Positions 25,185-37,772 of a stretch of DNA of 64,000 nt are shown one piece after another. Within the stretch, counting starts at the first letter, position 1; each line of letters opens with the position of its first letter. The position numbers and the translations under genes are program-made. Where the stretch lies: assembly GCF_055900595.2 (NCBI RefSeq), contig NZ_CM148325.1. One strand, 5' to 3'. The notes under the pieces were generated by a model, which was not told the DNA's origin, searched no databases, and saw only the letters and a list, made by a program, of their open reading frames with translations.

Positions 25185-26858
25185 TTACTCGCCTTTAGCT
25201 GCTTTGAAAGCTTCAGCCATTGCGTTGTTGGAGAAGTTTGCATCTTCCTGTTTGTTAACAGTTGCGATTGCATCTTTCTCATCAGCTTCGTCTTTCGCAC
25301 GAACAGACAGGCTGATTGCGCGGTTCTTACGATCAACGCCGGTGAATTTAGCTTCAACTTCGTCGCCAACGCTCAGAACCAGGGTAGCGTCTTCAACGCG
25401 GTCACGGGATGCTTCAGAAGCACGCAGGTAACCTTCAACGCCGTCAGCCAGTTCTACGGTTGCGCCTTTAGCGTCAACTGCAGTTACTTTACCGGTTACG
25501 ATAGCGCCTTTCTTGTTCAGAGCAACCCAGTTGTTGAACGGATCTTCTGCGAGCTGTTTAACGCCCAGGGAGATACGTTCACGTTCTGCGTCAACCTGCA
25601 GAACAACTGCAGCGATTTCGTCGCCTTTTTTGTATTCACGAACTGCTTCTTCGCCTGCAACGTTCCAGGAGATGTCAGACAGGTGAACCAGGCCGTCGAT
25701 GCCGCCGTCCAGGCCGATGAAGATACCGAAGTCAGTGATAGACTTGATTTTACCTTCAACACGGTCACCCTTGTTGTGGGTTTCCGCGAACTGCTGCCAC
25801 GGGTTAGCTTTACACTGTTTCAGACCCAGGGAGATACGACGACGTTCTTCGTCGATATCCAGAACCATAACTTCCACTACATCGCCAACGTTAACAACTT
25901 TGGACGGGTGGATGTTTTTGTTGGTCCAATCCATTTCGGAAACGTGTACCAGGCCTTCAACGCCTTCTTCGATTTCAACGAAGCAGCCGTAGTCGGTCAG
26001 GTTGGTCACGCGACCAGTCAGTTTGGTACCTTCCGGATAACGTTTAGCAATAGCTACCCACGGATCTTCGCCCAGCTGTTTCAGGCCCAGGGATACACGG
26101 GTACGTTCGCGGTCGAACTTCAGCACTTTAACAGTGATTTCGTCGCCCACGTTGACGATTTCGCTCGGATGCTTAACGCGTTTCCAGGCCATATCAGTGA
26201 TGTGCAGCAGGCCGTCAACGCCGCCCAGATCAACGAATGCACCGTAGTCAGTGAGGTTCTTAACGATACCTTTAACTTCCATGCCTTCCTGCAGGTTTTC
26301 CAGCAGCTGATCGCGCTCTGCGCTGTTTTCGGATTCGATAACGGCACGACGAGAAACAACAACGTTGTTGCGCTTCTGATCCAGCTTGATTACTTTGAAT
26401 TCAAGCTCTTTGCCTTCCAGGTGCAGAGTGTCACGCACCGGACGAACGTCTACCAGAGAACCTGGCAGGAACGCACGAATACCGTTCAGCTCAACAGTGA
26501 AGCCGCCCTTAACTTTGCCGTTGATAACACCGGTAACAGTTTCAGCATCTTCGTAAGCTTTTTCCAGCGTGATCCAGGCTTCGTGACGTTTAGCTTTCTC
26601 ACGGGACAGCAGAGTTTCACCGAAGCCGTCTTCTACTGCGTCCAGAGCAACGTCAACTTCGTCACCTACCTGGATTTCCAGCTCGCCCTGGGCGTTTTTG
26701 AACTGCTCAGCCGGGATGGCGGACTCAGATTTCAGACCAGCGTCAACCAGTACTACGTCTTTGTCGATAGCAACAACAACGCCACGAACGATAGAACCCG
26801 GGCGGGTTTCGATTTCTTTTAAGGACTCTTCAAAGAGTTGAGCAAAAGATTCAGTCAT
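25185..26858 (-). CDS. rpsA: 30S ribosomal protein S1
   Basis: 557-aa [48 protein letters not shown].. with repeated S1 domains. Confidence 0.98.
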
Positions 26859-26968
26859 GTTTAATCTTCAGGTTTATATTTAACGTCCACCTGGCTCCAT
26901 GCCGGATGGGGTTGTTTAACATACCCGCTGTCATTCCATTGCAACGGGGGTACTGCAAATTCGGTCGC

Positions 26969-27652
26969 TTATGCGAGAGCCAATTTCTGGCGCGCGTATT
27001 GTAGCGCTTTTTCAATCACTTGCTCAATGCTTAAGGTGGTGGAATCCAACACTAAAGCATCGGCTGCCGGAACCAGTGGCGCTACCGCTCGGTTACGATC
27101 GCGGTCGTCGCGTTCTTTGATCTCGGCCAAAAGGCGCTCAAAGTTAACACTAAAGCCCTTCTCCTGCAACTGTAGCATGCGGCGATGCGCACGTTCTTCC
27201 GAGGAGGCGTCAAGGAAAATTTTCACTGGCGCATCAGGGAATACCACCGTTCCCATATCGCGGCCATCGGCAATCAAGCCTGGTAATTCGCGAAACGCGC
27301 GTTGGCGACGCAATAATGCTTCACGAACGCGTGGGAATGCCGCGACTTGTGAAGCAGCATTCGCCACTTCCTGAGTACGAATTTCGCCGCTGACATCTTC
27401 CCCTTCGAGGATCACTTCCAGATTGCCATTGGTCGACACAAAACGTACATCCAGATGGGATGCCAGCGGCACGAGCGCATCTTCCGATGCAACATCAACA
27501 TGGTGATGTAATGCCGCCAGTGCCAGTACGCGATAAATTGCACCCGAGTCCAGCAGATGCCATTGCAACGCTTCCGCCATAGCCTTACACAAGGTGCCTT
27601 TCCCTGCACCGCTTGGGCCATCAATGGTAATAACCGGGGCAATTGCCGTCAT
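26969..27652 (-). CDS. cmk: cytidylate kinase
   Basis: 227-aa [32 protein letters not shown].. with P-loop; matches Cmk. Confidence 0.96.
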
Positions 27653-27824
27653 CTTTATCTCCTTAAAACAGGCGTACCGTTAACATAACCGCGCGCATTA
27701 TACGCGCCGACGCCACAAATCGTTAACGTTGTGTGCAAAAACCAGTTTTGTCTGTATTCAGATGGGGATTTATTGCGCAATTATAGCGGGCTGGCAGAAG
27801 ACCAGCCCGAAAGATGACAATGAT

Positions 27825-28589
27825 TTACTTACCAGAGGCGATACGATCACGGATGTGTTGCGCACGCTCTGTTGATGGTGGGTGAGAGTCAAACATGGAC
27901 TGGGTCCGGCCGCCATCCAGGCTGGCCAATTTTTCAAAGCTGCCAACCAGCCCCTGGGTGCTGATGCCACGTTTCTTCAACAGATCAAAGGAGAAATCAT
28001 CTGCTTCGGACTCTTTATCGCGGGAGTATTTAGCATTGATCGCGCCTTCTGCGATATCACCTAATTGTGAGCGAGAAAGCTGGGAAGCCACACCGCTGGT
28101 AGCGGAAATCGCATCACGTGCGGCAACGATCGCATAAGAAGCTTTCATTTCAGCCAGCGAGTGACCCAACGCGACGTGGCCCAGTTCATGACCCAGAACG
28201 CCTTCAATTTCGTTGTCGTTCATCATGTCCATCAGGCCACTGTAGACACGAACACAGCCGTTCGCCATCGCCCATGCGTTGACGTCGCTGGTCATATAAA
28301 CCTTATAGTTGACCGGCGTGCCATTAATATTGTTACCCAATGCTTTGGCGATTTTTGCCAGACGTTTACCGTACTTGCTGGATTTACTTGCGACTTGATT
28401 GCCGCTGTCCATTTCGGCACAGCCCTGATTGGCAATCGCTTTTGCATCAGCATCGCTTAACGTTGCTGCTTTATAGGCATTTAAACCTGAGCTGATAGCC
28501 ATATTGGTATCAATACCGTGGGTATTCTGACACCCTGTCAGTAAAGCTGCAGAGGCCGCAATCGCCAGCAGTAATTTAGTATTCTTCAT
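27825..28589 (-). CDS. loiP: M48-family metalloprotease lipoprotein LoiP (YcaL)
   Basis: Track ORF 27825..28613; start set at MKNTKLLLAIAASAALLTGC (lipobox LTGC); HELGH zinc motif. Confidence 0.9.
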   Translation of the reverse strand: MKNTKLLLAIAASAALLTGCQNTHGIDTNMAISSGLNAYKAATLSDADAKAIANQGCAEMDSGNQVASKSSKYGKRLAKIAKALGNNINGTPVNYKVYMTSDVNAWAMANGCVRVYSGLMDMMNDNEIEGVLGHELGHVALGHSLAEMKASYAIVAARDAISATSGVASQLSRSQLGDIAEGAINAKYSRDKESEADDFSFDLLKKRGISTQGLVGSFEKLASLDGGRTQSMFDSHPPSTERAQHIRDRIASGK

Positions 28590-28757
28590 GTGAATCATCC
28601 GTTGATTAATCATATATAAATATTATGTATCAATAACTTACATCGACAAACGACGCTATCATTAATCAAAATGACTCACAAGGTCCGAAAAAAAACGCCG
28701 GCAATGTGCCGACGTTTTGATAAAGAAAGATTTGGCTATTTATTGCACGTTGTTCAT

Positions 28758-30041
28758 TCAGGCTGCCTGGCTAATCCGCGCCAGTTGCTCGAAATAATCC
28801 GGAAATGTTTTGGCCGTGCATTTGGGATCAAGAATCGTCACTGGTGTATCTGACAACGCCACCAGCGAGAAACACATCGCCATCCGGTGATCATTGTATG
28901 TTGCGATCTCGGCAAAGTTCAGTTTTTCCGGTGGAGTGATACGAATGTAATCGTGCCCCTCTTCTACTTCCGCACCAACTTTACGCAGTTCTGTTGCCAT
29001 CGCAAACAGGCGATCGGTCTCTTTAACACGCCAGTTATAGATATTGCGCAGCGTGGTGGTGCCTTTTGCAAATAACGCCGCCGTGGCAATGGTCATCGCC
29101 GCATCAGGAATATGGTTCATATCCATATCAATAGCGTTCAGTTCACCCCGCGTGCAGGAAATATAATCATCGCCCCAGCAAATGGTCGCGCCCATTTTTT
29201 CCAGCACATCAGCAAAGCGAATATCACCCTGCATACTGTTGCGTCCAATGCCGGTCACTTTTACAGTGCCGCCTTTGATTGCTGCTGCTGCCAGGAAGTA
29301 AGAAGCCGAAGATGCATCGCCTTCGACCAAATAAGTACCCGGAGACTGATAAGACTGCCCGCCTTTTACGACAAATTGTTGATAGTGCTGATTTTCAATT
29401 TCAACACCAAACGTCTTCATCAGATTGAGTGTGATGTCGATATAAGGTTTAGAGACCAGATCGCCTTTAATACGAATCACCGTATCTTCCGGTGCAAGAG
29501 GCGCAGTCATTAACAGTGCGGTGAGAAACTGACTGGAAACGGAGCCATCAACGTCAACGTTGCCGCCAGTAAAGCCGCCCTGTAAACGCAATGGTGGATA
29601 ATTTTCTTGTTCCAGGTAAGTGATCTTCGCCCCACCCAGGCGCAGCGCATCCACCAGATGACCAATGGGGCGTTCTTTCATACGCGGTTCACCGGTCAGC
29701 ACAATATCATTGCTACCCAGACAAAGAGCTGCCGCCAGCGGACGCATTGCCGTTCCGGCGTTACCGAGGAACAACTCCAGGGCACTTTTTGCGTGTAATG
29801 GACCGCCGTTACCGATGATTTCGCAACGCGTACGATCGGCTGAAAGCGTGTAACTTACCCCTAACGCGGTTAATGCATTCAGCATATGGCGCACGTCATC
29901 GCTATCCAGCAGATTGGTTAATACTGTTTTGCCATGTGCTAATGCCGCCAGCAATAAAGCGCGGTTAGAAACGCTCTTGGAACCGGGCAGATTAATGGTG
30001 CCATCGACACGAGCGATGGGTTGTAACGTCAGGGATTCCAT
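28758..30041 (-). CDS. aroA: 3-phosphoshikimate 1-carboxyvinyltransferase (EPSP synthase)
   Basis: 427-aa [38 protein letters not shown]..; matches AroA. Confidence 0.97.
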   Translation of the reverse strand: MESLTLQPIARVDGTINLPGSKSVSNRALLLAALAHGKTVLTNLLDSDDVRHMLNALTALGVSYTLSADRTRCEIIGNGGPLHAKSALELFLGNAGTAMRPLAAALCLGSNDIVLTGEPRMKERPIGHLVDALRLGGAKITYLEQENYPPLRLQGGFTGGNVDVDGSVSSQFLTALLMTAPLAPEDTVIRIKGDLVSKPYIDITLNLMKTFGVEIENQHYQQFVVKGGQSYQSPGTYLVEGDASSASYFLAAAAIKGGTVKVTGIGRNSMQGDIRFADVLEKMGATICWGDDYISCTRGELNAIDMDMNHIPDAAMTIATAALFAKGTTTLRNIYNWRVKETDRLFAMATELRKVGAEVEEGHDYIRITPPEKLNFAEIATYNDHRMAMCFSLVALSDTPVTILDPKCTAKTFPDYFEQLARISQAA

Positions 30042-30111
30042 GAACTCAACTCTCTACAACAGAAATAAAAACCCCACAGGCTGGCTGTGGGGATTAAGCA
30101 AAATTTCGGCA

Positions 30112-31200
30112 TTAGCCGTGACGGCGTTCGAACTCAATCATGAAGTCTGTCAGCGCTTTAACGCCTTCCAGAGGCATTGCGTTATAAATTGACGCACGCA
30201 TACCGCCGACCACACGATGCCCTTTCAGGGCATGCAGCCCCGCAGCAAAAGACTCTTCAAGGAACAATTTGTCAAGCGCACTGTCCGCCAACTGGAACGG
30301 CACGTTCATCCGCGAACGGTTAGCTTTCGCCACGTCATTGCGGTAGAAATCGCTGTTATCAATCACCCCATACAGCAGTTCTGCTTTTTGCTGATTGATT
30401 TTATCCATTGCAGCCACGCCGCCGTTCGCTTTCAGCCATTTGAATACCAGACCGGACAGGTACCAGGCAAATGTCGGCGGCGTGTTAAACATTGAGTCGT
30501 TATCGTTAAGGATGGAATAATCCAGAATCGACGGACAAGCGATATTCGCTTTACCCAGTAAGTCTTCACGAACGATGACGATTGTCAGGCCCGCCGGGCC
30601 GATATTTTTCTGTGCGCCAGCATAAATCACACCGTAACGACTGACGTCAATTGGACGGGAAAGAATCGTTGAAGAGAAGTCGGCTGCAACCACCACTTCT
30701 TTACCAAAGTCTGGCGTTTCGTCGATGGCGATACCATCGATGGTCTCATTTGGGCAGTAATGCATATAAGCGGCATTATCAGAGAGCTGCCATTCACGCA
30801 TTGGCTTAACCGCACGAAGACCATCAACAGTCACTTTGGCGTCAAAGACATTTGGCTTGCAGTATTTTTTCGCTTCTTTAATGGCACTTGCCGCCCAGTA
30901 ACCGGCATCAACATAATCTGCAGTGGTTTTATCACCAAGAATATTCAACGGTACTGCAGCAAATTGACCGCGACCACCGCCGTGGCAGAACAATACTTTA
31001 TAGTTGGAGGGGATATTAAGAAGATCGCGAAAATCCTTCTCGGCTTCCTCTGCAACCTGAATGAACTCTTTACCACGGTGGCTCACTTCCATCACCGACG
31101 TACCAAGACCGTTCCAGTCGCGCAGTTCCTGTTGAGCCTGTTTAAGCACCTCTGCCGGTAGCATTGCCGGACCAGAACTAAAATTGAAGATTTGAGCCAT
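30112..31200 (-). CDS. serC: phosphoserine aminotransferase
   Basis: 362-aa [49 protein letters not shown]..; matches SerC; serC-aroA operon. Confidence 0.97.
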   Translation of the reverse strand: MAQIFNFSSGPAMLPAEVLKQAQQELRDWNGLGTSVMEVSHRGKEFIQVAEEAEKDFRDLLNIPSNYKVLFCHGGGRGQFAAVPLNILGDKTTADYVDAGYWAASAIKEAKKYCKPNVFDAKVTVDGLRAVKPMREWQLSDNAAYMHYCPNETIDGIAIDETPDFGKEVVVAADFSSTILSRPIDVSRYGVIYAGAQKNIGPAGLTIVIVREDLLGKANIACPSILDYSILNDNDSMFNTPPTFAWYLSGLVFKWLKANGGVAAMDKINQQKAELLYGVIDNSDFYRNDVAKANRSRMNVPFQLADSALDKLFLEESFAAGLHALKGHRVVGGMRASIYNAMPLEGVKALTDFMIEFERRHG

Positions 31201-31398
31201 TTCCCCTCACCACGTTGCGTTGCTATTAACCCGCGGTCAATCGATTGCGACCACAGGTAATACATTATTCCTGTGGCTATCGGTTTTATCATTCAGTGAC
31301 ACACATCGCAATGAGTAAAACCGTTGAGGGCAAAAATGTGGCTTGCATCACACAAAAGAATCTCTCGGATTATTAGCAAAAAGCCGATGTTTTTACTG

Positions 31399-32091
31399 TC
31401 AGGTCACCCGTTTTGCCCGACTTGCCTTCGTCCATTCTGGATTTGCACAGCGCGGACATAATTGTTTTTCCCCCGCGTTCATATGAATGATTTCACTGCA
31501 ACGGATGCAGGCATAGTCCGCCGACTCGGGTACCACTTTGTAACGCTGAGTACAGTCACTGGGTAAAATAAGTAAACCCGGTTTAACCTTGTCATCTTCA
31601 AAGAAATAGACACTGATTTGCCCGTTGGTTTCGAGTATCGCCAGACGTACCTGCCCCAGCTGCTCTACACCGCGCAATCGTAGCTCCATAAAGAACTCAA
31701 ATTCCGTCATGTTGGAGTTATTGAGTTTCGACCAGGCCAGCTCACCATCCTCAATAATGACAACCGGCTTGCCTTCCAGAAGATCCTCCAGTTTTTCACT
31801 GTGCGCCATCAACCACATTACCAGACGGTATAACAACGCCAGAGTAATAAAGACGATAAGCACCGGAACCATCGGCACATCATCATAAAACGCCACATCT
31901 CCCGCCGCTGACCCCAGCGTCAGAATGATTAACACTTCAAACAGCGACATCTGCCGCACACCGCGTCTGCCGGTCATTTTGAGGAACAAAAAAACCAGTA
32001 CAAAGGTATAAAGACTACGTAGTGCAACTTCGCCAAGGAAATCAAAAGGCACTTTATCAAATGCCATACGGTGGAGATCAAACGCCTTCAT
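31399..32091 (-). CDS. ycaP: inner membrane protein YcaP (DUF421)
   Basis: 230-aa ORF with N-terminal TM helices; matches K-12 YcaP; synteny. Confidence 0.85.
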   Translation of the reverse strand: MKAFDLHRMAFDKVPFDFLGEVALRSLYTFVLVFLFLKMTGRRGVRQMSLFEVLIILTLGSAAGDVAFYDDVPMVPVLIVFITLALLYRLVMWLMAHSEKLEDLLEGKPVVIIEDGELAWSKLNNSNMTEFEFFMELRLRGVEQLGQVRLAILETNGQISVYFFEDDKVKPGLLILPSDCTQRYKVVPESADYACIRCSEIIHMNAGEKQLCPRCANPEWTKASRAKRVT

Positions 32092-32220
32092 TTTTATGCT
32101 CTTATCGTGGTTTATCCACTAAAAGCATAGTCAACAGTTCATCTGCCTGGCGGCGGTGATAGCGCCTTTGAGATAAAACCCGTATTATTGCGCGCTTTCC
32201 GTACGACTAAAGTGATTTTC

Positions 32221-33981
32221 ATGACGCAAACATTTATCCCCGGCAAAGATGCCGCTCTGGAAGATTCCATCGCTCGCTTCCAGCAAAAACTTTCAGACCT
32301 CGGTTTTCAGATTGAAGAGGCCTCCTGGCTGAATCCCGTGCCTAACGTCTGGTCTGTACATATTCGCGACAAAGAGTGCGCACTGTGTTTTACCAACGGT
32401 AAAGGCGCAACCAAAAAAGCGGCGCTGGCTTCTGCACTCGGTGAATATTTCGAGCGTCTGTCTACCAACTACTTTTTTGCTGACTTCTGGCTGGGCGAAA
32501 CCATCGCCAACGGTCCATTCGTGCATTATCCCAACGAAAAATGGTTCCCACTGACCGAAAACGACGATGTACCAGAAGGGCTGCTCGATGACCGTCTGCG
32601 CGCATTTTACGATCCGGAGAATGAACTGACCGGCAGCATGCTGATTGACCTACAATCTGGTAACGAAGATCGTGGTATTTGCGGTCTGCCGTTTACGCGC
32701 CAGTCCGACAATCAGATCGTTTATATTCCGATGAATATCATTGGTAACCTGTACGTTTCTAACGGTATGTCCGCTGGCAATACCCGAAACGAAGCACGCG
32801 TTCAGGGGTTGTCCGAAGTTTTCGAACGCTACGTGAAAAACCGCATTATTGCTGAAAGCATCAGCTTGCCGGAAATCCCGACAGACGTGCTGGCGCGTTA
32901 CCCAGCGGTGGTTGAAGCCATCGAAACGCTGGAAGCAGAAGGTTTCCCAATCTTTGCTTATGATGGTTCGCTTGGCGGCCAGTATCCGGTGATTTGCGTG
33001 GTACTGTTCAATCCTGCTAACGGTACCTGCTTTGCCTCTTTCGGTGCGCATCCTGATTTTGGCGTAGCACTGGAGCGTACCGTGACCGAGCTGCTGCAAG
33101 GTCGTGGCCTGAAAGATTTGGATGTGTTTACTCCGCCAACCTTCGATGATGAAGAAGTTGCTGAACATACCAACCTCGAAACGCACTTTATCGATTCCAG
33201 CGGTTTAATCTCCTGGGACCTGTTCAAGCAGGATGCCGATTATCCGTTTGTGGACTGGAGCTTCTCAGGCACCACGGAAGAAGAGTTTGCTACGCTGATG
33301 GCTATCTTCAACAAAGAAGATAAAGAAGTTTATATTGCCGATTACGAGCATCTGGGCGTTTATGCTTGCCGCATTATCGTGCCTGGCATGTCCGATATTT
33401 ATCCGGCAGAAGATCTGTGGCTGGCGAATAACAGCATGGGCAGCCATTTACGTGAAACGATTCTTTCACTCCCAGGCAGCGAGTGGGAAAAAGAAGATTA
33501 CCTGAACCTCATCGAGCAACTGGATGAAGAAGGTTTTGATGACTTTACTCGCGTGCGTGAGCTGTTGGGTCTGGCGACCGGGTCGGATAACGGTTGGTAC
33601 ACCCTGCGTATCGGAGAATTAAAAGCCATGCTGGCGCTGGCTGGTGGCGATCTGGAACAGGCTCTGGTCTGGACCGAATGGACGATGGAGTTTAACTCAT
33701 CAGTATTTAATCCGGAACGCGCCAACTATTATCGCTGCCTGCAAACGTTGTTATTACTGGCGCAGGAAGAAGATCGCCAGCCGCTGCAATATCTGAATGC
33801 GTTTGTTCGCATGTACGGCGCAGATGCCGTGGAAGCCGCCAGTGCGGCAATGAGCGGCGAAGCGGCGTTTTATGGCTTGCAACCAGTAGATAGCGATCTG
33901 CACGCGTTTGCTGCACATCAGTCGTTGTTGAAGGCATACGAAAAGCTGCAGCGCGCCAAAGCAGCATTCTGGGCAAAATAA
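32221..33981 (+). CDS. ycaO: YcaO-domain protein (ribosomal S12 methylthiotransferase accessory factor)
   Basis: Track ORF 32188..33981; start set at MTQTFIPGKDAALEDSIARFQQKL.. (K-12 N-terminus, 586 aa). Confidence 0.9.
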   Translation: MTQTFIPGKDAALEDSIARFQQKLSDLGFQIEEASWLNPVPNVWSVHIRDKECALCFTNGKGATKKAALASALGEYFERLSTNYFFADFWLGETIANGPFVHYPNEKWFPLTENDDVPEGLLDDRLRAFYDPENELTGSMLIDLQSGNEDRGICGLPFTRQSDNQIVYIPMNIIGNLYVSNGMSAGNTRNEARVQGLSEVFERYVKNRIIAESISLPEIPTDVLARYPAVVEAIETLEAEGFPIFAYDGSLGGQYPVICVVLFNPANGTCFASFGAHPDFGVALERTVTELLQGRGLKDLDVFTPPTFDDEEVAEHTNLETHFIDSSGLISWDLFKQDADYPFVDWSFSGTTEEEFATLMAIFNKEDKEVYIADYEHLGVYACRIIVPGMSDIYPAEDLWLANNSMGSHLRETILSLPGSEWEKEDYLNLIEQLDEEGFDDFTRVRELLGLATGSDNGWYTLRIGELKAMLALAGGDLEQALVWTEWTMEFNSSVFNPERANYYRCLQTLLLLAQEEDRQPLQYLNAFVRMYGADAVEAASAAMSGEAAFYGLQPVDSDLHAFAAHQSLLKAYEKLQRAKAAFWAK

Positions 33982-33989
33982 AATCAAAT

Positions 33990-34386
33990 AGCCTACGCAA
34001 TGTAGGCTTAATGATTCGTCTGAGTTATATTACGGGGCGTTTTTTTAATGCCCCGTTTTACATATATTTGCATTAATAAAATAATTGTAATTATAAAGTT
34101 AAATATCGGTAATTTGTATTTAATAAATACGATCGATATTGTTACTTTATTCGCCTGGTGCTCCCTTTTAATTAACTGTTTTAGCGGAGGATGCGGAAAA
34201 AATTCAACTCATTTGTTAATTTTTAAAATTTATTTTTATTTGGATAATCAAATATTTACTCCGTATTTGCATAAAAACCATGCGAGTTACGGGCCTATAA
34301 GCCAGGCGAGATATGATCTATATCAATTTCTCATCTATAATGCTTTGTTAGTATCTCGTCGCCGACTTAATAAAGAGAGAGTTAGT
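33990..34386 (+). promoter_or_regulatory. focA-pflB upstream regulatory region (AT-rich, multi-promoter)
   Basis: About 400 bp AT-rich intergenic stretch upstream of focA; in E. coli this region carries FNR/ArcA/IHF-controlled pfl promoters (established knowledge, sites not individually mapped here). Confidence 0.5.
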
Positions 34387-35244
34387 GTGAAAGCTGACAA
34401 CCCTTTTGATCTTTTACTTCCTGCAGCAATGGCCAAAGTGGCCGAAGAGGCAGGTGTCTATAAAGCAACGAAACATCCGCTTAAGACTTTCTATCTGGCG
34501 ATTACCGCCGGTGTTTTCATCTCAATCGCATTCGTCTTCTATATCACAGCAACCACTGGCACAGGAACAATGCCCTTCGGCATGGCAAAACTGGTTGGCG
34601 GCATTTGCTTCTCTCTGGGGCTGATTCTTTGTGTTGTCTGCGGAGCCGATCTCTTTACTTCCACAGTGTTGATTGTTGTTGCTAAGGCGAGTGGGCGCAT
34701 CACCTGGGGTCAGTTGGCGAAAAACTGGCTAAATGTCTATTTTGGCAACCTGGTCGGCGCACTGCTGTTTGTACTTTTAATGTGGCTTTCCGGCGAGTAT
34801 ATGACCGCGAATGGTCAATGGGGACTAAACGTCCTACAAACCGCCGACCACAAAGTGCACCATACTTTTATTGAGGCCGTCTGCCTTGGTATCCTGGCAA
34901 ACCTGATGGTATGTCTGGCAGTATGGATGAGTTATTCTGGCCGCAGCCTGATGGATAAAGCGTTCATTATGGTGCTGCCGGTCGCGATGTTTGTTGCCAG
35001 CGGTTTTGAGCACAGTATCGCAAACATGTTTATGATCCCGATGGGTATTGTAATCCGCGACTTCGCATCTCCGGAATTCTGGACCGCTGTCGGTTCTGCA
35101 CCGGAAAATTTTTCTCACCTGACCGTGATGAACTTCATCACTGATAACCTGATTCCGGTTACGATCGGTAATATTATCGGCGGTGGTTTGTTGGTTGGGT
35201 TGACATACTGGGTCATTTACCTGCGTGAAAACGATCACCATTAA
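34387..35244 (+). CDS. focA: formate channel FocA
   Basis: Track ORF 34048..35244; start set at the in-frame GTG giving VKADNPFDLLLPAAMAKVAEEAGVYKATKHPL.. (focA is known to use a GUG start); 285 aa. Confidence 0.9.
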   Translation: MKADNPFDLLLPAAMAKVAEEAGVYKATKHPLKTFYLAITAGVFISIAFVFYITATTGTGTMPFGMAKLVGGICFSLGLILCVVCGADLFTSTVLIVVAKASGRITWGQLAKNWLNVYFGNLVGALLFVLLMWLSGEYMTANGQWGLNVLQTADHKVHHTFIEAVCLGILANLMVCLAVWMSYSGRSLMDKAFIMVLPVAMFVASGFEHSIANMFMIPMGIVIRDFASPEFWTAVGSAPENFSHLTVMNFITDNLIPVTIGNIIGGGLLVGLTYWVIYLRENDHH

Positions 35245-35298
35245 TGGTTGTCGAAGTACGCAGTAAATAAAAAATCCACTTAAGAAGGTAGGTGTTAC

Positions 35299-37581
35299 AT
35301 GTCCGAGCTTAATGAAAAGTTAGCCACAGCCTGGGAAGGTTTTACCAAAGGTGACTGGCAGAATGAAGTAAACGTCCGTGACTTCATTCAGAAAAACTAC
35401 ACTCCGTACGAGGGTGACGAGTCCTTCCTGGCTGGCGCTACTGAAGCGACCACCACCCTGTGGGACAAAGTAATGGAAGGCGTTAAACTGGAAAACCGCA
35501 CTCACGCGCCAGTTGACTTTGACACCGCTGTTGCTTCCACCATCACCTCTCACGACGCTGGCTACATCAACAAAGCGTTGGAAAAAGTTGTTGGTCTGCA
35601 GACTGAAGCTCCGCTGAAACGTGCTCTTATCCCGTTCGGTGGTATCAAAATGATCGAAGGTTCCTGCAAAGCGTACAACCGCGAACTGGACCCGATGATC
35701 AAAAAAATCTTCACTGAATACCGTAAAACTCACAACCAGGGCGTGTTCGACGTTTACACTCCGGACATCCTGCGTTGCCGTAAATCCGGTGTTCTGACCG
35801 GTCTGCCAGATGCTTATGGCCGTGGTCGTATCATCGGTGACTACCGTCGCGTTGCGCTGTACGGTATCGACTACCTGATGAAAGACAAATACGCTCAGTT
35901 CACCTCTCTGCAGGCTGATCTGGAAAACGGCGTAAACCTGGAACAGACTATCCGTCTGCGCGAAGAAATCGCTGAACAGCACCGCGCTCTGGGTCAGATG
36001 AAAGAAATGGCTGCGAAATACGGCTACGACATCTCTGGTCCGGCTACCAACGCTCAGGAAGCAATCCAGTGGACTTACTTCGGCTACCTGGCTGCTGTTA
36101 AGTCTCAGAACGGTGCTGCAATGTCCTTCGGTCGTACCTCCACCTTCCTGGATGTGTACATCGAACGTGACCTGAAAGCTGGCAAGATCACCGAACAAGA
36201 AGCGCAGGAAATGGTTGACCACCTGGTCATGAAACTGCGTATGGTTCGCTTCCTGCGTACTCCGGAATACGATGAACTGTTCTCTGGCGACCCGATCTGG
36301 GCAACCGAATCTATCGGTGGTATGGGCCTCGACGGTCGTACCCTGGTTACCAAAAACAGCTTCCGTTTCCTGAACACCCTGTACACCATGGGTCCGTCTC
36401 CGGAACCGAACATGACCATTCTGTGGTCTGAAAAACTGCCGCTGAACTTCAAGAAATTCGCTGCTAAAGTGTCCATCGATACCTCTTCTCTGCAGTATGA
36501 GAACGATGACCTGATGCGTCCGGACTTCAACAACGATGACTACGCTATCGCTTGCTGCGTAAGCCCGATGATCGTTGGTAAACAAATGCAGTTCTTCGGT
36601 GCGCGTGCAAACCTGGCAAAAACCATGCTGTACGCAATCAACGGCGGTGTTGACGAAAAACTGAAAATGCAGGTTGGTCCGAAATCTGAACCGATCAAAG
36701 GCGACGTCCTGAACTACGATGAAGTGATGGAGCGCATGGATCACTTCATGGACTGGCTGGCTAAACAGTACATCACCGCACTGAACATCATCCACTACAT
36801 GCACGACAAGTACAGCTACGAAGCCTCTCTGATGGCGCTGCACGACCGTGACGTTATCCGCACCATGGCGTGTGGTATCGCTGGTCTGTCCGTTGCTGCT
36901 GACTCCCTGTCTGCAATCAAATATGCGAAAGTTAAACCGATTCGTGACGAAGACGGTCTGGCTATCGACTTCGAAATCGAAGGCGAATACCCGCAGTTTG
37001 GTAACAACGATCCGCGTGTAGATGACCTGGCTGTTGACCTGGTAGAACGTTTCATGAAGAAAATTCAGAAACTGCACACCTACCGTGACGCAATCCCGAC
37101 TCAGTCTGTTCTGACCATCACTTCTAACGTTGTGTATGGTAAGAAAACTGGTAACACCCCAGACGGTCGTCGTGCTGGCGCGCCGTTCGGACCGGGTGCT
37201 AACCCGATGCACGGTCGTGACCAGAAAGGTGCTGTAGCATCTCTGACTTCCGTTGCTAAACTGCCGTTTGCTTACGCTAAAGATGGTATCTCCTACACCT
37301 TCTCTATCGTTCCGAACGCACTGGGTAAAGACGACGAAGTTCGTAAGACCAACCTGGCTGGTCTGATGGATGGTTACTTCCACCACGAAGCATCCATCGA
37401 AGGTGGTCAGCACCTGAACGTTAACGTGATGAACCGTGAAATGCTGCTCGACGCGATGGAAAACCCGGAAAAATATCCGCAGCTGACCATCCGTGTATCT
37501 GGCTACGCAGTACGTTTCAACTCGCTGACTAAAGAACAGCAGCAGGACGTTATTACTCGTACCTTCACTCAATCTATGTAA
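35299..37581 (+). CDS. pflB: pyruvate formate-lyase
   Basis: 760-aa [54 protein letters not shown].. with C-terminal glycyl-radical motif RVSGYAV. Confidence 0.98.
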   Translation: MSELNEKLATAWEGFTKGDWQNEVNVRDFIQKNYTPYEGDESFLAGATEATTTLWDKVMEGVKLENRTHAPVDFDTAVASTITSHDAGYINKALEKVVGLQTEAPLKRALIPFGGIKMIEGSCKAYNRELDPMIKKIFTEYRKTHNQGVFDVYTPDILRCRKSGVLTGLPDAYGRGRIIGDYRRVALYGIDYLMKDKYAQFTSLQADLENGVNLEQTIRLREEIAEQHRALGQMKEMAAKYGYDISGPATNAQEAIQWTYFGYLAAVKSQNGAAMSFGRTSTFLDVYIERDLKAGKITEQEAQEMVDHLVMKLRMVRFLRTPEYDELFSGDPIWATESIGGMGLDGRTLVTKNSFRFLNTLYTMGPSPEPNMTILWSEKLPLNFKKFAAKVSIDTSSLQYENDDLMRPDFNNDDYAIACCVSPMIVGKQMQFFGARANLAKTMLYAINGGVDEKLKMQVGPKSEPIKGDVLNYDEVMERMDHFMDWLAKQYITALNIIHYMHDKYSYEASLMALHDRDVIRTMACGIAGLSVAADSLSAIKYAKVKPIRDEDGLAIDFEIEGEYPQFGNNDPRVDDLAVDLVERFMKKIQKLHTYRDAIPTQSVLTITSNVVYGKKTGNTPDGRRAGAPFGPGANPMHGRDQKGAVASLTSVAKLPFAYAKDGISYTFSIVPNALGKDDEVRKTNLAGLMDGYFHHEASIEGGQHLNVNVMNREMLLDAMENPEKYPQLTIRVSGYAVRFNSLTKEQQQDVITRTFTQSM

Positions 37582-37619
37582 TTAGTTTTGACTGAAATCG
37601 TACAGTAAAAAGCGTACAA

Positions 37620-37652
37620 TAAAGGCTCCACGAAAGTGGGGCCTTTTTTAGC
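37620..37652 (+). terminator. rho-independent terminator after pflB
   Basis: GGCTCCAC-GAAA-GTGGGGCC hairpin followed by a T6 run. Confidence 0.7.
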
Positions 37653-37772
37653 ACGAGAGCCTTTTTTGTCAGCTATCTATACTTTAAGGTGACTGCCAAA
37701 ACAGACTCGACGTAGCCTTCGAGCTGCGCACCAACACGGCCTCAGATGGGCCACATCTGGAGAAACACCGCA

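Noticed and set aside
25683-26822. 379-aa plus-strand ORF opposite rpsA
   Set aside because: Antisense to ribosomal protein S1; same artefact as for pflB.
35320-37572. 750-aa minus-strand ORF spanning pflB
   Set aside because: Exactly antisense to pflB; a highly expressed gene with strong codon bias commonly leaves a long open antisense frame. The translation is low-complexity (V/T/F/R-rich) with no recognisable domains.
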